A stretch of DNA of 51,543 nt from a virus: the IMG/VR virus record IMGVR_UViG_3300025881_000006, positions 143,324 to 194,866 of that record; one strand, 5' to 3'. A model generated the notes under the pieces. It had not been told where the DNA came from and did not search any database. It worked only from the letters and a program-made list of their open reading frames with translations. Below are positions 48,401 to 51,543 of the stretch, piece after piece. The position numbers and the translations under genes are program-made. How positions within the stretch are numbered: position 1 is the stretch's first letter; each line of letters starts with the position of its first letter.

Positions 48401-50358
48401 TATTTCACCTCCACGTTATAACTAATGGGAACGTCACTCGATCTACCAGCGTCTGTATGTAAACCAGCAAATAAAGCACTGGAGAATGTAGATACTGTCA
48501 TGTTGAGCGTTTCAAATTTAGTAGTGTTACTATTCCAAGCATTTGCATGACTACCAATGATTAATCCATCAGCTGCGCCAATAAGGCAACGATACGCATT
48601 ACTCGCCGCCGTGTACGGATAGGTCATTCTAATCTGATGTTCTACCAGTCCCTGAACGTCAACGTCGCTTTCAAACTTAATGGTCTGATTATTACCATTG
48701 GTTCTCATTACACCTACTTGTAGCTTTAACGTTTCTGGGTCAATAGATGAATCGTTAAAGCTATTACCACCTATGCCGCCCTCTAAGAGGTAAGCCTCAA
48801 CGGTAGTAGATTTCTGGAACCACGTTCCATCTAACTTCATCCATTCAGAGTCCCTAGTAGGTGTATCATCAGATACGAAGTATTCTGAGATACCGCCACC
48901 TGACTTCAGTTTTACTGAAGCTTCATTACCGTTTACTTCGGTAACGATACCTACGTAACTAGGGGGGTTGATGCGTTGACCTATTTTCTTAGTAAGTGAT
49001 AACGCAGCAAAGTACTGATAATGACCCCCGCCTAACCCAAATATACCGTCTTTAGCAAAGCAATAACCACCGAGTTGACGATTATTTATACTATCGACAT
49101 CCGCTATGGTCTCCACGTCCCCTTCAAACACACCCATGCTTACTGACGGTATGTAATCTGAAACCATTGATACTCGTGAGATGTTAACGTTATTACCAGT
49201 ATCAACATCCTGCATGGCGATAGTTAACTTATTGTTAACACTGTCGAAATAGAAATCTAGATACAAATTGTCATTGTTAAAATCTATAACCATAGGTTTA
49301 TCTAAGAACGTATCGACGAACGACAACGTACCCATAGGTACGAAGGTAGAGGTACGAGCAACGTTATCCCAATGTACTTCACCTAGACGCCATGTAAACT
49401 GGTTACCAGACTCAACGTCACGGGCTAGGTATATCACGCCTTTAATAGTATCTGATATTGTAAACCACGTAACGTCAGTATAACGATTAATATACAGATT
49501 AGTAGCATTAGGGTCTACATCGAAGTCTATTACTTCTAAACCATACGCATTAGGAGCAGCTAAATCTGCCATGAAGAACGTAGCGTTAACGGCATCGTAA
49601 AGTGGAATAACGCCACCTTCTAACGCAGAATAGTTCATCTCCCAGTTTTTATTATAGGTAAGATTCATAGCGGTGGTATTACCCGGCGCTGCGTAGTAGA
49701 AGTGTTCACCTAGACGTGTAGGATTACCATGTCTAAATCGGTGAAATCTAGCTACATCATCGTCGCTCGGTGTAAACCATTCATCGTCGTTGATAGGTGA
49801 GAGTACCATAAAGTGATAGTGTGAATCCGCACCATTAGTATTAGATGAAACACCACCACTTACATGTTCACCGTCTACATTGTAGTTCAATTGTAGATGA
49901 AGGTAATTGTCATTATAACCACTACGGTTACGGCCAAATGCTATTTTAGTGCCATCGCTATTAGCGTAACGTAGTCTCAATCCGTACTGAAATTGGTTCC
50001 ATACTTGAGCATAACTACCACCATTTGTTGAAACTTCAGATAACAACTCTCCAATAGGTGAATATATCTTTGTTTGAATATAATAACTATCTGCGGTACT
50101 AGTACCTGTAGCCCACACTACAATGAAGTTACCATTAGGTAAGAAGCCACACCCCATACCGTACGATATACGAGTAGAGGTTAATTTCTCTGCAATTTCG
50201 ACTTCATTAATAAATGAATTGTCTTTTAATTCAATTAACTGAGTACCGTCTGTATAAGCACGTTGCCCTACTACGACATTGGCATCGGGTGCTATTGGAA
50301 CTGTTAATACTGGGCGACTACCGCCTCCAGCGTCTAAGCGTTTACTAAGATCGGCCAT
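48400..50358 (-). CDS. Putative tail fibre/adhesin paralog
   Basis: ATG 50358 (MADLSKRL..GGG) with SD aggag; paralog of the flanking fibres. Confidence 0.65.
   Translation of the reverse strand: MADLSKRLDAGGGSRPVLTVPIAPDANVVVGQRAYTDGTQLIELKDNSFINEVEIAEKLTSTRISYGMGCGFLPNGNFIVVWATGTSTADSYYIQTKIYSPIGELLSEVSTNGGSYAQVWNQFQYGLRLRYANSDGTKIAFGRNRSGYNDNYLHLQLNYNVDGEHVSGGVSSNTNGADSHYHFMVLSPINDDEWFTPSDDDVARFHRFRHGNPTRLGEHFYYAAPGNTTAMNLTYNKNWEMNYSALEGGVIPLYDAVNATFFMADLAAPNAYGLEVIDFDVDPNATNLYINRYTDVTWFTISDTIKGVIYLARDVESGNQFTWRLGEVHWDNVARTSTFVPMGTLSFVDTFLDKPMVIDFNNDNLYLDFYFDSVNNKLTIAMQDVDTGNNVNISRVSMVSDYIPSVSMGVFEGDVETIADVDSINNRQLGGYCFAKDGIFGLGGGHYQYFAALSLTKKIGQRINPPSYVGIVTEVNGNEASVKLKSGGGISEYFVSDDTPTRDSEWMKLDGTWFQKSTTVEAYLLEGGIGGNSFNDSSIDPETLKLQVGVMRTNGNNQTIKFESDVDVQGLVEHQIRMTYPYTAASNAYRCLIGAADGLIIGSHANAWNSNTTKFETLNMTVSTFSSALFAGLHTDAGRSSDVPISYNVEVK
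48865..48957. repeat. 93-bp near-identical repeat (89/93) with 51242-51334
   Basis: Both encode YVGIVTEVNGNEASVKLKSGGGISEYFVSDD; 4 synonymous differences. Confidence 0.9.
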
Positions 50359-50432
50359 TGTAGGCAACTCCTTATTTAACTTAACTATTTAGTGGGAAGA
50401 GAGTGCCTCTTCCCACCACTATACTACTACCG

Positions 50433-50774
50433 TTAGGTTTCTGAACCTACACCGTCACGTAGCTTATCAGCTACCCAAGCAGCTTCATCGGTTACTAACT
50501 TAGTACCTTCAACATCAGGATTATCAACTGTTGCAAGGAATGTAGCAATAGCCGTCACACCTTCAATTACCTCATCTAAATCCAAGTCAATGAATGAAGC
50601 ATTAAATAAACGCTCCCTAGCTAACTTTAATTCAGTAGGTGCTAGGTCTACCACCGCAGCTTCTTCTTTAATGGTGAATCGTCGTTGCATTGCGCTGGGC
50701 GTAATGTGACGGATTACTTCATCTTCAGACTCTTCCTGTGGCGCAGACAGTAATGTAATGGATACATTCTTCAT
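50433..50774 (-). CDS. Fibre chaperone-like paralog
   Basis: RHITPSAMQRRFT ... WVADKLR. Confidence 0.65.
   Translation of the reverse strand: MKNVSITLLSAPQEESEDEVIRHITPSAMQRRFTIKEEAAVVDLAPTELKLARERLFNASFIDLDLDEVIEGVTAIATFLATVDNPDVEGTKLVTDEAAWVADKLRDGVGSET
50680..50711. repeat. 32-bp exact dispersed repeat, copy 3 of 3
   Basis: Identical to copies 1 and 2; the match to copy 1 extends a further 6 bp (gattac). Confidence 0.95.
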
Positions 50775-51543
50775 TATTTAATCTCCACATCGTAACTAAC
50801 CGGTATTTTAACAGAGGAACTATCGGACTTGTATACAGCTCCAAATATAGCACTGGAGAATGTATTAACGTACAAATCTATCGTAGGTGCGGAGGGTGAA
50901 GTGTTATACAACGCACCTGCATCGCCACCTGAAACTATCCCATCCGAACAACCAACTAAAGCTCTCCTTACACTACCAAAGCCAGTATCGAGCGGTAAAG
51001 TCATGCGTACGTGGTGACTACCTAAACCTTGGATATCTAATTTAGCTTCCCACATCAGCGCCTTAGAGGCTAGGTTAGCCTGTATGACACCTATTGACTT
51101 AGTTAAAGATTCATCACTAAAACTAGTATTAGTAATGCGATTACCCTCAATACCACCTGCAATTGCATACGACTCAGTAGTAGAGGATTTCTGGAACCAT
51201 GTTCCATCAATCTTCATCCACTCCCCACCTACAACTGGCTCATCATCAGATACGAAGTATTCTGAAATACCACCACCTGACTTCAGTTTCACTGAAGCTT
51301 CGTTACCGTTTACTTCGGTAACGATACCTACGTACGTTGGTGGTGCCTGACGGTTACCTATTTTCTTAGTAAGTGACAAACCGGCGTATAAACGATCAGA
51401 GCCACCTGACATGCCCACAAATGCATTTCTTGCACAAACAATACCATATTTGTAGCTATTGATAACCGAGTCGGTCTCGTATAATACTTCTATGTTACCT
51501 TCAAACTCACCTAGTGAAACGCCCGGAGTGAAGTCGGCTACTA
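50774..51543 (-). CDS. Putative tail fibre/adhesin paralog, 5' part outside the window
   Basis: Frame stays open to the window edge (VADFTPGVSLGEFEGN...) and aligns with the C-terminal part of 48400-50358. Confidence 0.7.
   Translation of the reverse strand, partial: VADFTPGVSLGEFEGNIEVLYETDSVINSYKYGIVCARNAFVGMSGGSDRLYAGLSLTKKIGNRQAPPTYVGIVTEVNGNEASVKLKSGGGISEYFVSDDEPVVGGEWMKIDGTWFQKSSTTESYAIAGGIEGNRITNTSFSDESLTKSIGVIQANLASKALMWEAKLDIQGLGSHHVRMTLPLDTGFGSVRRALVGCSDGIVSGGDAGALYNTSPSAPTIDLYVNTFSSAIFGAVYKSDSSSVKIPVSYDVEIK

Noticed and set aside
45945-50711. CRISPR array built from the 32-bp repeat
   Set aside because: Copies are about 2.4 kb apart and lie inside CDSs; no spacer-sized intervals and no cas genes.
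48865-51334. Diversity-generating retroelement (TR/VR pair) in the fibre genes
   Set aside because: Both copies are coding, the 4 differences are synonymous and not adenine-specific, and no reverse transcriptase is in the window.
71-51350. Many antisense and nested ORFs in the track (e.g. 71-487, 13471-13971, 15439-15867, 17276-17803, 27059-27454)
   Set aside because: Shadows of long real genes; no SD or recognisable motifs.

Overview
This window is a segment of an AT-rich phiKZ-like jumbo phage genome (probably Chimalliviridae). Host-like accessory genes point to a marine Alteromonadales/Vibrionales-type host (inference). The phiKZ-like core appears in order: internal head protein, a gp98-101-like virion block, DnaB helicase, major capsid protein, a non-virion RNAP subunit, portal and structural genes. 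Around it lie nucleotide-metabolism genes (thyA, dimeric dUTPase, two tandem thymidylate kinases), RuvC, endonuclease I, candidate lysis genes and a tandem array of at least four fibre + chaperone cassettes. Most notable: (1) an uncalled 51-aa ORF (7738-7893) ending in CEGGACKI, like the redox tail of ribonucleotide reductase alpha, and starting with DFDDFEL, like the RNR beta tail; (2) a 32-bp exact repeat with dyad symmetry plus other identity islands in the fibre array; (3) a recurring hairpin + TATGC(C)GT gene-end signal; (4) a structured non-coding region at about 1000-1205; (5) two tandem HDOD genes; (6) a secreted matrixin with a PEP-CTERM-like tail. phiKZ gp numbers come from recalled similarity and synteny, not from a database search.
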